DNA of 50,730 nt from Candidatus Aenigmatarchaeota archaeon (GTDB taxonomy: Archaea; Aenigmatarchaeota; Aenigmatarchaeia; QMZP01; QMZT01): assembly GCA_043808015.1 (NCBI GenBank), contig JAZDFI010000014.1, positions 1-50,730 on the forward strand. The letters run 5' to 3'. The notes beneath the pieces were generated by a model that saw only the letters and a program-made list of their open reading frames with translations, searched no databases and was not told the DNA's origin. Shown one piece after another: positions 1 to 10,310 of this stretch (position 1 is its first letter; each line of letters begins with the position of its first letter). Both the position numbers and the translations under genes were made by a program.

Positions 1-639
1 ATCATGCTCATGGAGAAAGCGAGAAATATACCAGGCGTGAAAAAGATTTTCGTCCGCTCTGGCATACGCTATGACCTAGCTCTCGAATCCAGACAATACA
101 TAAAAGAGATATCCAAGCACCATGTTTCAGGCTATCTTAAAATAGCGCCGGAACACTGCAGCCCGCACGTCTTGAAGCTCATGAACAAGCATCTTCCGGG
201 AGCGCTGGACAAGTTCGTCGCAATTTTCAAGGACATGAATAACGCCACAGGCCAGACGCTGAAATACTACGTCATAGCCGCCCATCCGGGCAGCACACAG
301 AAGGAAAACGAGGAGCTCAGGAAATTCATAGAGAAGATCGGTCGCGACGCCATAATACAGACGTTCACCCCGACGCCCATGAGCCTGAGCACCTGCATGT
401 ATTATACTGGCATGGACCCGAAGACCTTGCAGCCGGTATACGTGCCGCGCGGCTTCAGGGACAAGAAAGAGCAGAAAACAGATTTGATAGAAGCGATGCG
501 CGGCTACACGAGGCGCAGGCAGGATCGCAGTCCGGGTCGCGGCTTCGGCTCCGGCCCGCAGAGGGGCGGCGGCCAGAAGTTTAAAGTGCGCCGCAAAGGG
601 CGCGGCCGTCATGGCGGCAGGACCAATAAAATGTTTTAA
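1..639 (+). CDS. YgiQ/UPF0313-family radical SAM protein, C-terminal part (5' truncated by window)
   Basis: Motifs FVRSGIRYDL, HHVSGYLKIAPEH, AAHPG, FTPTPMSLSTCMYYTGMDP are typical of the YgiQ family C-terminal half; the frame is open to base 1. Confidence 0.85.
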   Translation: MMLMEKARNIPGVKKIFVRSGIRYDLALESRQYIKEISKHHVSGYLKIAPEHCSPHVLKLMNKHLPGALDKFVAIFKDMNNATGQTLKYYVIAAHPGSTQKENEELRKFIEKIGRDAIIQTFTPTPMSLSTCMYYTGMDPKTLQPVYVPRGFRDKKEQKTDLIEAMRGYTRRRQDRSPGRGFGSGPQRGGGQKFKVRRKGRGRHGGRTNKMF

Positions 640-680
640 AACCGCGAACCGAATTAGGAATATCAAAACTCTTTTGTTGG

Positions 681-2000
681 ATGTTTATGATAAAGGTCCT
701 GCTCATCGGGAACGGCGCGAGGGAGCATGCGATTGCGGAGGCGATACGCCGTTCGGACCAGAAGCACGCTCTATATTCTTTCATGAAATCCAACAACCCA
801 GGGATTCATTCGCTTTCAGATAAATGCGAGCTGGGCGATTACAATGACATGGAGACGCTGGTCGCGTTCGCTAAACAGGTCGCCGCTGATATATGCGTCG
901 TCGGCCCTGAAGCGCCGCTGGATTTCGGCGCAGTCGACGCGCTCGCGAAGATCGGCATTCCATCTGTCGGGCCTGTCAAAGAGCTGGCAAAGCTCGAGAC
1001 GTCGAAAGCGTTCACCCGCCTGCTCGCGCAGAAATACATGATTCCCGGCTCGCCTGCATTCAAGGTCTTCAGCAGCATGGACGGGGTAAAGGAATTTTTG
1101 CAGTCGCTGGATTCTTTCGTAATCAAGCCCGACGGCCTGACCGGCGGCAAGGGCGTCATGGTCCACGGAGAGCACTTAAAAGACGCGAATGACGCGCTGC
1201 GTTACTGCGAAAGCGTCCTCCGCTCGCATGCGTCCGTCATAATCGAGGAGAAACTCGAAGGCGAGGAATTCTCGCTGCAGAGCTTCACGGACGGGCGTTT
1301 CGTTCTCGACTGCCCGCCAGCGCAGGACCACAAAAGGGCTTTCGTCGACGATAGCGGGCCGAACACGGGCGGCATGGGCTCTTATTCGTGCGACGACCAT
1401 CTTCTTCCGTTCATCAGGAAAAGCGACCTCGAGGAGGCGCACCGCATAACCGAGCTTTTCGCAAAGGCCATCGAAAAGGAGCACGGCATGCGCTACAAAG
1501 GTGTGATGTATGGCGGCTTTATGGTAACGAAAGACGGCGTGAAACTGCTGGAATACAACGCGCGCCTCGGAGACCCGGAGACGATGAACGTGCTGCCGAT
1601 ACTCAGCAGCGATTTCATAGATTTATGTTTCGGCATCACTAACTACGCGCTGGCGAAGACGGAAGCGAAATTCGAGAGGAAGGCGACGGTCTGCAAATAC
1701 GTCGTGCCTCAGGGCTATCCTGACAACCCGGTGAAAGGTGAGAAAATCGAGCTCGACGCCGGCGCGAAAGCGAAAGTGTATTACGCATCTGTGGACCAGA
1801 AGCCCGACGGCCTTTACATGAGCGGGTCGCGCGCGATAGCGTTCGTCGGCATATCGCACGACTTCGCGGAAGCCGAGAGGCTCGCTGAAGAAGCGGTAAA
1901 GTCGGTGAAGGGCAAAGTGTTCCACCGCCCGGACATAGGCACGGCTAAGCTTATCGAAAAGCGCGTGCGCCACATGGAAATGATAAGAGGTAAAAAATGA
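681..2000 (+). CDS. purD: phosphoribosylamine--glycine ligase (start may be ATG 687)
   Basis: GNGAREHA, VGPEAPL, KPDGLTGGKGV, QDHKR, GPNTGGMG, EYNARLGDPE. Confidence 0.97.
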   Translation: MFMIKVLLIGNGAREHAIAEAIRRSDQKHALYSFMKSNNPGIHSLSDKCELGDYNDMETLVAFAKQVAADICVVGPEAPLDFGAVDALAKIGIPSVGPVKELAKLETSKAFTRLLAQKYMIPGSPAFKVFSSMDGVKEFLQSLDSFVIKPDGLTGGKGVMVHGEHLKDANDALRYCESVLRSHASVIIEEKLEGEEFSLQSFTDGRFVLDCPPAQDHKRAFVDDSGPNTGGMGSYSCDDHLLPFIRKSDLEEAHRITELFAKAIEKEHGMRYKGVMYGGFMVTKDGVKLLEYNARLGDPETMNVLPILSSDFIDLCFGITNYALAKTEAKFERKATVCKYVVPQGYPDNPVKGEKIELDAGAKAKVYYASVDQKPDGLYMSGSRAIAFVGISHDFAEAERLAEEAVKSVKGKVFHRPDIGTAKLIEKRVRHMEMIRGKK

Positions 2001-2842
2001 CAGCCAGGATAATGGACGGCAGGCGACTTTCGTCAAGAATAATTTCCGACCTCAAGAAGAAGGCCTGGACTTTGTCGCAGAAAGGCATCGTCCCGAGGCT
2101 GGACATAATTCTCGTAGGCGACGATGACGCATCGAAAATCTACGTGAGGAACAAGATGCGCGCATCGGAGCAAATCGGGATAAAAGGCGAACTGCACAAG
2201 TTCCCCGAGAAAACGAACAAGGAGAAGATAATCAGGGAGATAAAGAAACTCAATGCGAACAAGAAGGTACACGGCATTCTCATACAACTGCCGCTGCCGC
2301 AGCACCTTGACGAGCAGGAAATAGTGGATAAGATAGACCCTGCGAAAGACGTCGACGGCCTCACGACGTATAGCATAGGCAGGCTCACGACCGGCTCCGC
2401 TGGTTTCGAGTCGTGCACGCCAAAGGGCATAATCAGGCTCATTGAAAACGAAAAGATAAAGATCGAGGGAAGAAACGCTGTCGTAATCGGCAGGAGCAAT
2501 ATAGTGGGCAAGCCCATTTCGCTCATGCTGCTGCGAAGGAATGCGACAGTCACGATATGCCACTCGAAGACGAAACGCCTTCACGAGCACACGAAAAACG
2601 CCGACATAATAATCGCGGCTGTCGGCAAAGCGAATTTCCTGAAGGAAGCGATGGTCAAGAAAGGCGCGGTCGTAATCGACGTGGGTATGAACCGCGACGG
2701 CGGGAAAATGGCGGGAGACGTGGACTTCGATAAAGTAAAATTCAAAGCATCGTACATCACGCCCGTGCCGGGCGGCGTCGGTCCCATGACGGTCGCGATG
2801 CTCATGGAGAACACGCTGAAGGCGGCCTTGGCAAAACTCTGA
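1997..2842 (+). CDS. folD: bifunctional methylenetetrahydrofolate dehydrogenase/cyclohydrolase
   Basis: YVRNK, GILIQLPLP, KDVDG, CTPKG, GRSNIVGKP, TPVPGGVGPMT; ATGA overlap with purD. Confidence 0.97.
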   Translation: MTARIMDGRRLSSRIISDLKKKAWTLSQKGIVPRLDIILVGDDDASKIYVRNKMRASEQIGIKGELHKFPEKTNKEKIIREIKKLNANKKVHGILIQLPLPQHLDEQEIVDKIDPAKDVDGLTTYSIGRLTTGSAGFESCTPKGIIRLIENEKIKIEGRNAVVIGRSNIVGKPISLMLLRRNATVTICHSKTKRLHEHTKNADIIIAAVGKANFLKEAMVKKGAVVIDVGMNRDGGKMAGDVDFDKVKFKASYITPVPGGVGPMTVAMLMENTLKAALAKL

Positions 2843-2890
2843 TTTTAGCTGTAGACACCTTTTAAATTATTTTACCCGTTAAAAGTGAAG

Positions 2891-3151
2891 ATGGGAAGAA
2901 ACAACCACAGGATGTTTGTAAACAACGTTCCTAAATCAGAGGAACCACGTGCTACTGAATCCACAGATTCGCATACATATTGGGTAAGAGTGGCCCATAA
3001 AGGCGTGGGAAGAGCGCTGGCTGAGCAGACTAATGGCGAATATAATCCCGGAAATAACACGGTCACAACCGGTTACATAACCAAAGAAAAGATGCAACTT
3101 CTCAACAAGTATTACGGGCCGGGCATAAGAAAATACAAGCTGCAGATGTGA
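2891..3151 (+). CDS. hypothetical protein (~86 aa)
   Basis: ORF fills the folD-purN gap and has an AT-rich TATA-like upstream region; no recognisable motif. Confidence 0.5.
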   Translation: MGRNNHRMFVNNVPKSEEPRATESTDSHTYWVRVAHKGVGRALAEQTNGEYNPGNNTVTTGYITKEKMQLLNKYYGPGIRKYKLQM

Positions 3152-3241
3152 TTGTTTTCAAATTCTAGGAAAATTAATTTTTAAAAGGCAAAAACAATCT
3201 GGAATTATATATAATAATTATTCGTGAGTGGGAGGGTTAAC

Positions 3242-3856
3242 ATGACGGTCAAGATTGGTGTGATTGGGTCGACGAAGGGAACGGACATGCAGGCGATAAT
3301 AGACGCTATCGCGCAAAAGCGCCTTGACGCGAAAATAGTCTGCGTCCTTTCGAACAAGGAGGACGCGTACATTCTCGAGCGGGCGAAGGACAACGGCATA
3401 GACTCTATATTCCTCGACTACGATGGCGACAAGCGCGTCCTGTTCGACAAAGCGGCGGCGCATGAGTTCGACCAGCGCGGCGTCGAACTCGTCCTGCTCA
3501 TCGGTTACATGAAAATACTTTCGCCGTGGTTCTGCACCCACTACGAGAACAGGATAATGAACATCCACCCTTCGCTTCTTCCGCTTTTCTCGGGAGGCAA
3601 GGATGTCAATATTCATGAGGAAGTGCTCAAGCTCGGCCTCAAAGTCACCGGGTGCACGCTGCACTTCGTAACAGCGGACGTGGACCACGGGCCGATAATA
3701 ATGCAACTGCCCGTGCCAGTCGAGGATATCGACACGCCCGAGTCGCTCAAGGGGAAAGTGCAGGCGGCCGAGCAGGCAGTCATACTCGAGGCGATAAGGC
3801 TTTACGGCGAAGGCAAAATCAAGGTCGAGGGTAATAAAGTGAGGCTTTTGAAATGA
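3242..3856 (+). CDS. purN: phosphoribosylglycinamide formyltransferase
   Basis: GYMKIL, NIHPSLLP, GCTLHFV, DHGPII; GGGAGG SD before ATG 3242. Confidence 0.96.
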   Translation: MTVKIGVIGSTKGTDMQAIIDAIAQKRLDAKIVCVLSNKEDAYILERAKDNGIDSIFLDYDGDKRVLFDKAAAHEFDQRGVELVLLIGYMKILSPWFCTHYENRIMNIHPSLLPLFSGGKDVNIHEEVLKLGLKVTGCTLHFVTADVDHGPIIMQLPVPVEDIDTPESLKGKVQAAEQAVILEAIRLYGEGKIKVEGNKVRLLK

Positions 3857-5427
3857 AGATAAAGCGCGCCCTGATTTCCGTAACTGACAAGAACGGCATA
3901 GTCGAATTTGCCAGGGCGCTGGAAAACCTGGGCGTCGAGATTATTTCTACGGGCGGCACGGCCAAGGTTCTCAAAGAGAACGGCGTCAGGATTATTCCCA
4001 TCGAAGATTTCACAGGCCTGCCGGAGATGATGGACGGGCGCGTCAAGACGCTCCACCCGAAAGTCCACGGCGGCATTCTCGCGGTCAGAAGCGACGCGTC
4101 GCACATGGACCAGGCTTCCGGGCACGGCATACGCATGATAGACCTCGTCGTCGTCAATCTCTACCAGTTCAGCAAGACAGTCGAAGACGCGAATGTGACC
4201 AGCGAAAAGGCGATCGAGAACATCGATATCGGCGGCCCGGCGCTCGTGCGTTCCTCAGCGAAAAACTACAAGGACGTCGTCATAGTCACCGATCCGCAAG
4301 ATTACACGAAAGTTTTGGAACAGATAGAGAAAAAAGGCGATGTCGATCTGAAGACGCGGCAGTCGCTCGCCCTCAAGGCGTTCAGAATGACGAGCGATTA
4401 CGACGGTGAAATAGACCGCTTCTTCAGCCGACGCTTCAATAACGAAGACGTCGTGAGGATGCGGTTCGCCGGCGGACGCTCGCTCCGCTACGGTGAGAAC
4501 TGGCACCAGAAAGCGAAAGTCTACGCTAAAGACGGCTCATCCTCGCTGGCGAGCGCGAAACAGCTCCACGGCAAAGAGATGTCATACAACAACTATCTCG
4601 ATGCAGAGAGCGCGCTTGAAGCCTCGTCGGACATGATGCCCGCGAAAAGCGCGGGCGCGGTAATCGTGAAACACACGAACCCTTGCGGCTACGCGACCGG
4701 CGCGACGTTACGAGAAGCGATTGAGCATGCATGGAGCGGCGACCCTGTGTCGGCGTTTGGCGGCGTGATTTCTCTTACGAAGACGATGGACAGGGAAACC
4801 GCCGAATTCCTTAGTGACAAGTTCGTCGAGATAGTAATCGCCCCGGCTTTCGACGAGGGGGCGCTGGCGCTTCTGAAAGAAAAGAAGAACCTGCGCTTGC
4901 TCGAGATAGGAGAGCTGACGCCAGAGACGACGCATCACAGGCTCATAAAAGGCGGCCTGCTGGTGCAGGACAGGGACTCTGGTTATGCGAACAAGCACGA
5001 GTTCAAGACCGTGACCAAAATAGAGTTCCCGGAAAATAAAAAAGACGCAGCGCTCTTCGCGTGCCTGGCGTGCAAGCACACGAAGTCAAATGCGATAGTA
5101 ATCGCGCGCGAATACAAACCGGGCCTGTATCATGTGATAGGCATGGGAGCGGGCCAGCCCAACCGCGTCACGTCGATGAAGATTGCATTAAAAAAAGCCA
5201 AGGAAAATCTCGGAGCGATGAAACTCACCGAGCATGAGATTGCTAACTGCGTTCTCGCTAGCGATTCCTTCTTCCCGTTCCCCGACTCTATAGAGGAAGC
5301 GTGCAAGCACGGCGTCCGCTTCATCGTCCAGCCCGGCGGCTCGGTCAAGGACAGTGAAATCATAGAAACGTGCAACCTCCACGGCATAGCGATGGTTTTC
5401 ACTGGACGGCGCATGTTCAAGCATTAA
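3853..5427 (+). CDS. purH: bifunctional AICAR transformylase / IMP cyclohydrolase
   Basis: RALISVTDK, STGGT, GRVKTLHP, ENIDIGGP, LRYGEN, SYNNYLD, KHTNPCG, QPGGS, FTGRRMFKH. Confidence 0.97.
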   Translation: MKIKRALISVTDKNGIVEFARALENLGVEIISTGGTAKVLKENGVRIIPIEDFTGLPEMMDGRVKTLHPKVHGGILAVRSDASHMDQASGHGIRMIDLVVVNLYQFSKTVEDANVTSEKAIENIDIGGPALVRSSAKNYKDVVIVTDPQDYTKVLEQIEKKGDVDLKTRQSLALKAFRMTSDYDGEIDRFFSRRFNNEDVVRMRFAGGRSLRYGENWHQKAKVYAKDGSSSLASAKQLHGKEMSYNNYLDAESALEASSDMMPAKSAGAVIVKHTNPCGYATGATLREAIEHAWSGDPVSAFGGVISLTKTMDRETAEFLSDKFVEIVIAPAFDEGALALLKEKKNLRLLEIGELTPETTHHRLIKGGLLVQDRDSGYANKHEFKTVTKIEFPENKKDAALFACLACKHTKSNAIVIAREYKPGLYHVIGMGAGQPNRVTSMKIALKKAKENLGAMKLTEHEIANCVLASDSFFPFPDSIEEACKHGVRFIVQPGGSVKDSEIIETCNLHGIAMVFTGRRMFKH

Positions 5428-5451
5428 AAACGCGGCGCGATTATTTCTCTT

Positions 5452-6753
5452 ATGAATTACGCTGAGGCGACGGGTTACATACAACGACTGAACAAGTTCG
5501 GCATGAAGCTCGGCCTTGAGCGCGTCGAGCGGCTGCTGGGACTTTTGGGAAACCCTCAGAAGAGCTTCCGCTCGGTTCTTGTAGGCGGGACGAGCGGTAA
5601 GGGCTCGACGACAGTCATGATTGGTGCCGTGCTGCGCGAGGCGGGTTACAGGACAGGCGTCTTTGTCAAGCCGCACCTCTCGGATTTCATGGAGAGGATT
5701 TCGATTGACGGCAAAATGATTTCAGAAAGAGATTTTGTCAGCCTCGTGGGAAAAATAAAGCCATTCGCTGAACGAATGCGCGGCGAAGGCGAGAGCCCGA
5801 CTTTTTTCGAATTTATCACTGCCGTCGCCTTCGAATATTTCCGCGAGCAGCGCGTGCAGTTCGCTGCGGTCGAAGTGGGGCTCGGAGGCAGGCTTGACGC
5901 GACCAACACGCTCACTCCGGACGTGTGCGTCATAACGCACGTCTCGCTGGAGCACACGGACATACTCGGCAACACCGTTGAAAAAATCGCCCGCGAGAAG
6001 GCGGGTATTGTGAAGATGGGCGGGATTCTCGTGACTGGCGCAAACGAAAAAGCGCTCACAGTAATTGAAAAAATATGCAGTGAAAGGAAAGCGAAGCTGA
6101 TAAAGGCGGCGAAGCTGAATAACGTAGAATCATCGGAAAAAGGCAACAGCTTCGACTTCGAAGGTATGAGGATTTTCATACAGATGGCCGGAAGGTTCCA
6201 GATCAATAACGCTGCGTGCGCGCTAGCCGCGCTGCGTGCGCTAAAACCGAAGATATCGCTCGATGCGATAAAAAAAGGTTTCGAAAAAACAAGATGGATA
6301 GGACGTTTCGAGCTCGTTAACTGGCATCCGAAAGTCCTGCTCGACGGGGCGAAGGACGTCACTTCAATGAGAAGCCTCGCAGAATCGCTAGACCTGATAA
6401 AATACGATAAGCTTTACACCGTTTTCAGCGCATCAAAAGACAAACTCGTGCCGCAGATGATGGCGGCCATCGCCGTCAAGACTGATTTTTTCGTGCTGGC
6501 CGGGCACAAAGTAATGGGCAGAGCGGCGGGACCGGAAGAACTGGCAAAGGAAGCAAAAAAGCACGGCAAGGATTTTTTAGTCATCGAAGACGTTAAAAGT
6601 GCGGTCAGGAAAGCAATAGCCCTTGCGGGTGACGGAGATCTCATCCTCGTAACGGGCTCGCTATTCGCTGTCGGGGAAGCGAGGGAGCTGTGGTTCAGGA
6701 AAAAGGCGAGAATGGGCCGCGAGTTCAACGAAAATGTCAGAACGGGCAGATGA
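5452..6753 (+). CDS. folC: folylpolyglutamate synthase / dihydrofolate synthase
   Basis: GTSGKGST P-loop, PTFFE, EVGLGGRLDATN, EKAGI, GRFE, VTGSLFAVGE. Confidence 0.93.
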   Translation: MNYAEATGYIQRLNKFGMKLGLERVERLLGLLGNPQKSFRSVLVGGTSGKGSTTVMIGAVLREAGYRTGVFVKPHLSDFMERISIDGKMISERDFVSLVGKIKPFAERMRGEGESPTFFEFITAVAFEYFREQRVQFAAVEVGLGGRLDATNTLTPDVCVITHVSLEHTDILGNTVEKIAREKAGIVKMGGILVTGANEKALTVIEKICSERKAKLIKAAKLNNVESSEKGNSFDFEGMRIFIQMAGRFQINNAACALAALRALKPKISLDAIKKGFEKTRWIGRFELVNWHPKVLLDGAKDVTSMRSLAESLDLIKYDKLYTVFSASKDKLVPQMMAAIAVKTDFFVLAGHKVMGRAAGPEELAKEAKKHGKDFLVIEDVKSAVRKAIALAGDGDLILVTGSLFAVGEARELWFRKKARMGREFNENVRTGR

Positions 6754-6761
6754 ATATCTGA

Positions 6762-7361
6762 TTACTTCTTTCTCGCTTTCTGGAACTTGGTGCAGTTGAC
6801 GACGCCTTTCTCGGTTACTATCTTGTGCACCTTCACGTCCATCTTGTTGGATGGTATCTCGTGCACGAGCTGGAAATCGTATCCGAGCGCTATGACCGGC
6901 ACCCCCTTGCTTATCTTCTTGAGGAACCTGTCGTAGAATCCCGTTCCGTAACCGACCCTGTTGCCGTATTTGTCGAACGCTATTCCCGGCACTATAACCA
7001 GATCGACGTTTTTTATGTCCATCTGCTGCGGGTGCTTGGGCTCAGGTATGCCGAACGAGCCCGGCGAAAGGTCGTTCAGGTTGTCGAGCTCGGACAAAAA
7101 CAGTTTTTTGTTTTTCACGTCGGCCAACGGCACGAGTATCTTTTTCCCCATGGTAAGGGATTCTGAAATCATTTCGTATGTCCTCACTTCGCCCCTGACT
7201 GAAACGTAGAATAGGATTGTCTTTGCGCTCTTGTATTCAGGCAGCTCCATGAGCCTTTTCTTTATGGCCTCGTCTTTCGGTTGTTTGATGTCGCCTTTCT
7301 GTGTCGACCGTCGTGTGAGGATGTCTCTTCGTATTATGTCCTTGGGATAAAGCCATGCCAT
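6762..7361 (-). CDS. 5-formyltetrahydrofolate cyclo-ligase
   Basis: FGIPEP, VPGIAFDKYGNRVGYGTGFYDRFL, DVKVHKIVTE; likely start ATG at 7361. Confidence 0.94.
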   Translation of the reverse strand: MAWLYPKDIIRRDILTRRSTQKGDIKQPKDEAIKKRLMELPEYKSAKTILFYVSVRGEVRTYEMISESLTMGKKILVPLADVKNKKLFLSELDNLNDLSPGSFGIPEPKHPQQMDIKNVDLVIVPGIAFDKYGNRVGYGTGFYDRFLKKISKGVPVIALGYDFQLVHEIPSNKMDVKVHKIVTEKGVVNCTKFQKARKK

Positions 7362-7456
7362 ATTACATACATATTGTGCTAACCAGTTAAAAAGCATGAT
7401 GTTCCGAAAGCAAACTTTTATTGTCCAACCTTATAAATAATTTATCCGGTGAATTC

Positions 7457-7939
7457 ATGTGGGTTGTGGGAGTCGGCTACAAACAGGAACATAGGGACCC
7501 TGCCGGCGAAAATGCAAAGGCTGACATTCTTGGTCTTGGACCATATGACGTGAAAAACGTCAAGGCACTCCAGACGTACGTTATAGACGGCGATCTGGAA
7601 AGCGGAGACGCCGAACGTATAGGCAGGGAGCTGTTAGCCGACGGAGTAATACAGTATTTCAAATTCAGCCATTTCTCGGATGACGGCAGCCACGCGGCCT
7701 TCGCTAGTGCGTCCAACGCATGGATAGTCGATGTGTTCTTCAAGCCAGGAGTGATGGACCCTGTCGGCCTCTCCGTCGCTAGCGCCATAAGCGTTCTCGG
7801 TGTGAAGGATGTAAGGTCTGTGAGAACCGGCACCACTTACGTGATAGAGGGTGACCTGAGCGAAAGCGATGTAAAGGCGATTTGCGAAAAATGCCTGGCC
7901 AACGGCCTGATACAGACTTATGCTTACAGGAGAATCTGA
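7457..7939 (+). CDS. purS: FGAM synthase PurS subunit, tandem two-domain form
   Basis: Two PurS-like repeats (KQEHRDPAG...LLADGVIQ and KPGVMDPVG...LANGLIQ); directly upstream of purL. Confidence 0.85.
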   Translation: MWVVGVGYKQEHRDPAGENAKADILGLGPYDVKNVKALQTYVIDGDLESGDAERIGRELLADGVIQYFKFSHFSDDGSHAAFASASNAWIVDVFFKPGVMDPVGLSVASAISVLGVKDVRSVRTGTTYVIEGDLSESDVKAICEKCLANGLIQTYAYRRI

Positions 7940-7940
7940 A

Positions 7941-10295
7941 ATGGATGCGAGACACATAGAACTGCTCGGTAAAGGCGACGGCGAATTGATGGGAATATCC
8001 CGCAGGTTCATGCTGGCGCTCAACCTGGAAGAGATGCATGAGGTGCAGGATTATTTCAGGCGGCACGGGCGCGATCCGACTGACATAGAGCTGGAAACGT
8101 TCGCCCAGACATGGTCGGAACACTGCGTGCACAAGACGTTCCGCGGCAACATAGAATACAACGGGGAGAAGATAAGCAGCCTTCTGAAATCATACATAAT
8201 CAAGGCGACCAATGACCTGCGAATGCCGTGGTGCGTGCACGTTTTCGAGGACAACGCCGGCATCGTCACCTTCGACGACAAGCACAACATCGCGGTGAAA
8301 GTCGAGACTCACAACCACCCTAGCGCGCTCGATCCGTACGGAGGCGCAGGCACGGGCTCTGGCGGCGTGTTCCGCGACGTCATGGGCGTCGGGGCGAAGC
8401 CGATCCTGTCGACGGACATATTGTTTTTCGCGCCGCCGGATTATCCGCACGACAAGCTGCCGAAAGGCGTGCTGCATCCGAAGCGTTTGATGAAGGGAGT
8501 CGTGGCCGGAATTCGAGATTATGGCAACAGGATGGGAATCCCTACCGCGAACGGCGGATTCGGATTCCACGAAGGTTACGTGGGGAATCCGCTTGTTTAC
8601 GCAGGCTGCGTCGGCATAATGCCAAAGGACAAGTACGTCAGGAACGCGAAACCGGGCGACAAGATCGTCCTCGCTGGTGGCCGCACAGGCCGCGACGGCA
8701 TACACGGCGTGACATTTGCTTCGCTGGAACTATCGACTGACTCAAAGAAAACTTCGAGCGGCTCGGTGCAGATAGGCAACGCCATCGAGGAGAAGCGCGT
8801 GCTCGACGGCCAGATGAAAGCAAGAGACGTTCGTGACGCTCCTCTATATTCGGCCATAACGGACTGCGGCGGCGGCGGATTATCTTCGGCGATTGGAGAG
8901 ATGGGCAAACAAACCGGCGCGCGCGTCTGGCTGGACAAAGTCCCGCTCAAATACGAGGGCCTCGAGCCGTGGGAGATTTGGATTTCAGAGGCGCAGGAAA
9001 GGATGCTGCTGGCCGTGCCGGAGGCGAACGTCGCAGAAGTGCTGGAGATTTTCAGGGAGGAGAACACGGAAGCGAATGTGATAGGCGAATTCACCAATGA
9101 CAAAAAGCTCACGCTCATGTTCAACGACAAAACTATCGGAGAGCTCGACATGGGATTCCTGCACGACGGCTTTCCTAAAGCAGAGAAGAAAGCAGAGCTG
9201 AAAATAACCGAAAAAAAGGACCCGGATCTGACGGACGCGAAAGATTTCGGAGTCGATTTGAAGACGCTTCTTTCTTCACCGACCATCGCCAGCAAGGAAT
9301 GGGTCATACGCCAATACGACCATGAAGTGCAGGCGAAGACTGTGATAAAGCCGATACAGGGCCTCGGAGGACCAGGGGATGCATGCGTGCTCAGGCCGAT
9401 ATACGATGACTGGAAGGGGGTCGTCGTTTCGAACGGTTATAATCCCCGCTTCTCTTCAAGTCCCTACAACATGGCTCTCTCCGCGATAGACGAAGCGATG
9501 CGCAACAATACGTGCTGCGGAGGACGAAGAATCGCGCTTCTGGACAATTTCTCATGGGGCAATCCCGAGAAGCCGGACCGCCTCGGCGCGCTCGTGGAGG
9601 CTGTGAAAGCCTGCCACGACGGTTCGCTGGCGTTTCGCGCGCCTTTCATATCCGGCAAGGATTCCCTTTACAACGAATACAGTCTCGGCGGAACGAAGGA
9701 GACGATATCGATACCGTACACGCTCGTTATTACTGCGGTCGGCATAATACCCGACGTGCGCAAGGCCGTGACCATGGACCTCAAGATGGATGGCGACCCG
9801 GTTTACATGGTCGGCGAGACGAAAGACGAGATGAACGGCTCACATTATTACATGATAAAGCACGTTGATGGCGGAGCGGTTCCGGGCGTTGACCTGGCGA
9901 AGGCGAAGGAGAGTATGGATTCGCTTGTGCATGCGATGGATATGGGTATGGTCCGCGCATGCCACGACTGCTCGGAAGGAGGGCTAGCCGTCGCAGCCGC
10001 GGAGATGTGCTTCGCCGGCGGCCTCGGCATGCGCATCGAACTAGAGCGTGTTCAGCAGAAAGGCATCGTTAAAAATTACAAGCTGCTGTTCTCGGAGAGC
10101 AACTCGCGCTTCCTGGTAGAAGTGGCGAAGGGCAAAGAAAAGGAGTTTGAAGAAACCATGGGTTCTCATGTTTCGAGAATAGGGGAAGTTACCCAGCGCA
10201 ACAACCTGCTTGTCGCCGGTCTCGATGGCAGGGCGATAATAGACGAGGACATCGACGGCCTCAGGAAAGCGTGGAGGAAGACTTTCGACTGGTGA
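7941..10295 (+). CDS. purL: phosphoribosylformylglycinamidine synthase subunit PurL
   Basis: QTWSEHCVHK, KVETHNHPSA, GGRTGRDGIHG, DCGGGG, ISEAQERM, ISGKDSLYN, HDCSEGGL. Confidence 0.97.
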   Translation: MDARHIELLGKGDGELMGISRRFMLALNLEEMHEVQDYFRRHGRDPTDIELETFAQTWSEHCVHKTFRGNIEYNGEKISSLLKSYIIKATNDLRMPWCVHVFEDNAGIVTFDDKHNIAVKVETHNHPSALDPYGGAGTGSGGVFRDVMGVGAKPILSTDILFFAPPDYPHDKLPKGVLHPKRLMKGVVAGIRDYGNRMGIPTANGGFGFHEGYVGNPLVYAGCVGIMPKDKYVRNAKPGDKIVLAGGRTGRDGIHGVTFASLELSTDSKKTSSGSVQIGNAIEEKRVLDGQMKARDVRDAPLYSAITDCGGGGLSSAIGEMGKQTGARVWLDKVPLKYEGLEPWEIWISEAQERMLLAVPEANVAEVLEIFREENTEANVIGEFTNDKKLTLMFNDKTIGELDMGFLHDGFPKAEKKAELKITEKKDPDLTDAKDFGVDLKTLLSSPTIASKEWVIRQYDHEVQAKTVIKPIQGLGGPGDACVLRPIYDDWKGVVVSNGYNPRFSSSPYNMALSAIDEAMRNNTCCGGRRIALLDNFSWGNPEKPDRLGALVEAVKACHDGSLAFRAPFISGKDSLYNEYSLGGTKETISIPYTLVITAVGIIPDVRKAVTMDLKMDGDPVYMVGETKDEMNGSHYYMIKHVDGGAVPGVDLAKAKESMDSLVHAMDMGMVRACHDCSEGGLAVAAAEMCFAGGLGMRIELERVQQKGIVKNYKLLFSESNSRFLVEVAKGKEKEFEETMGSHVSRIGEVTQRNNLLVAGLDGRAIIDEDIDGLRKAWRKTFDW

Positions 10296-10310
10296 AACGT
10301 TAGAGGTGTC

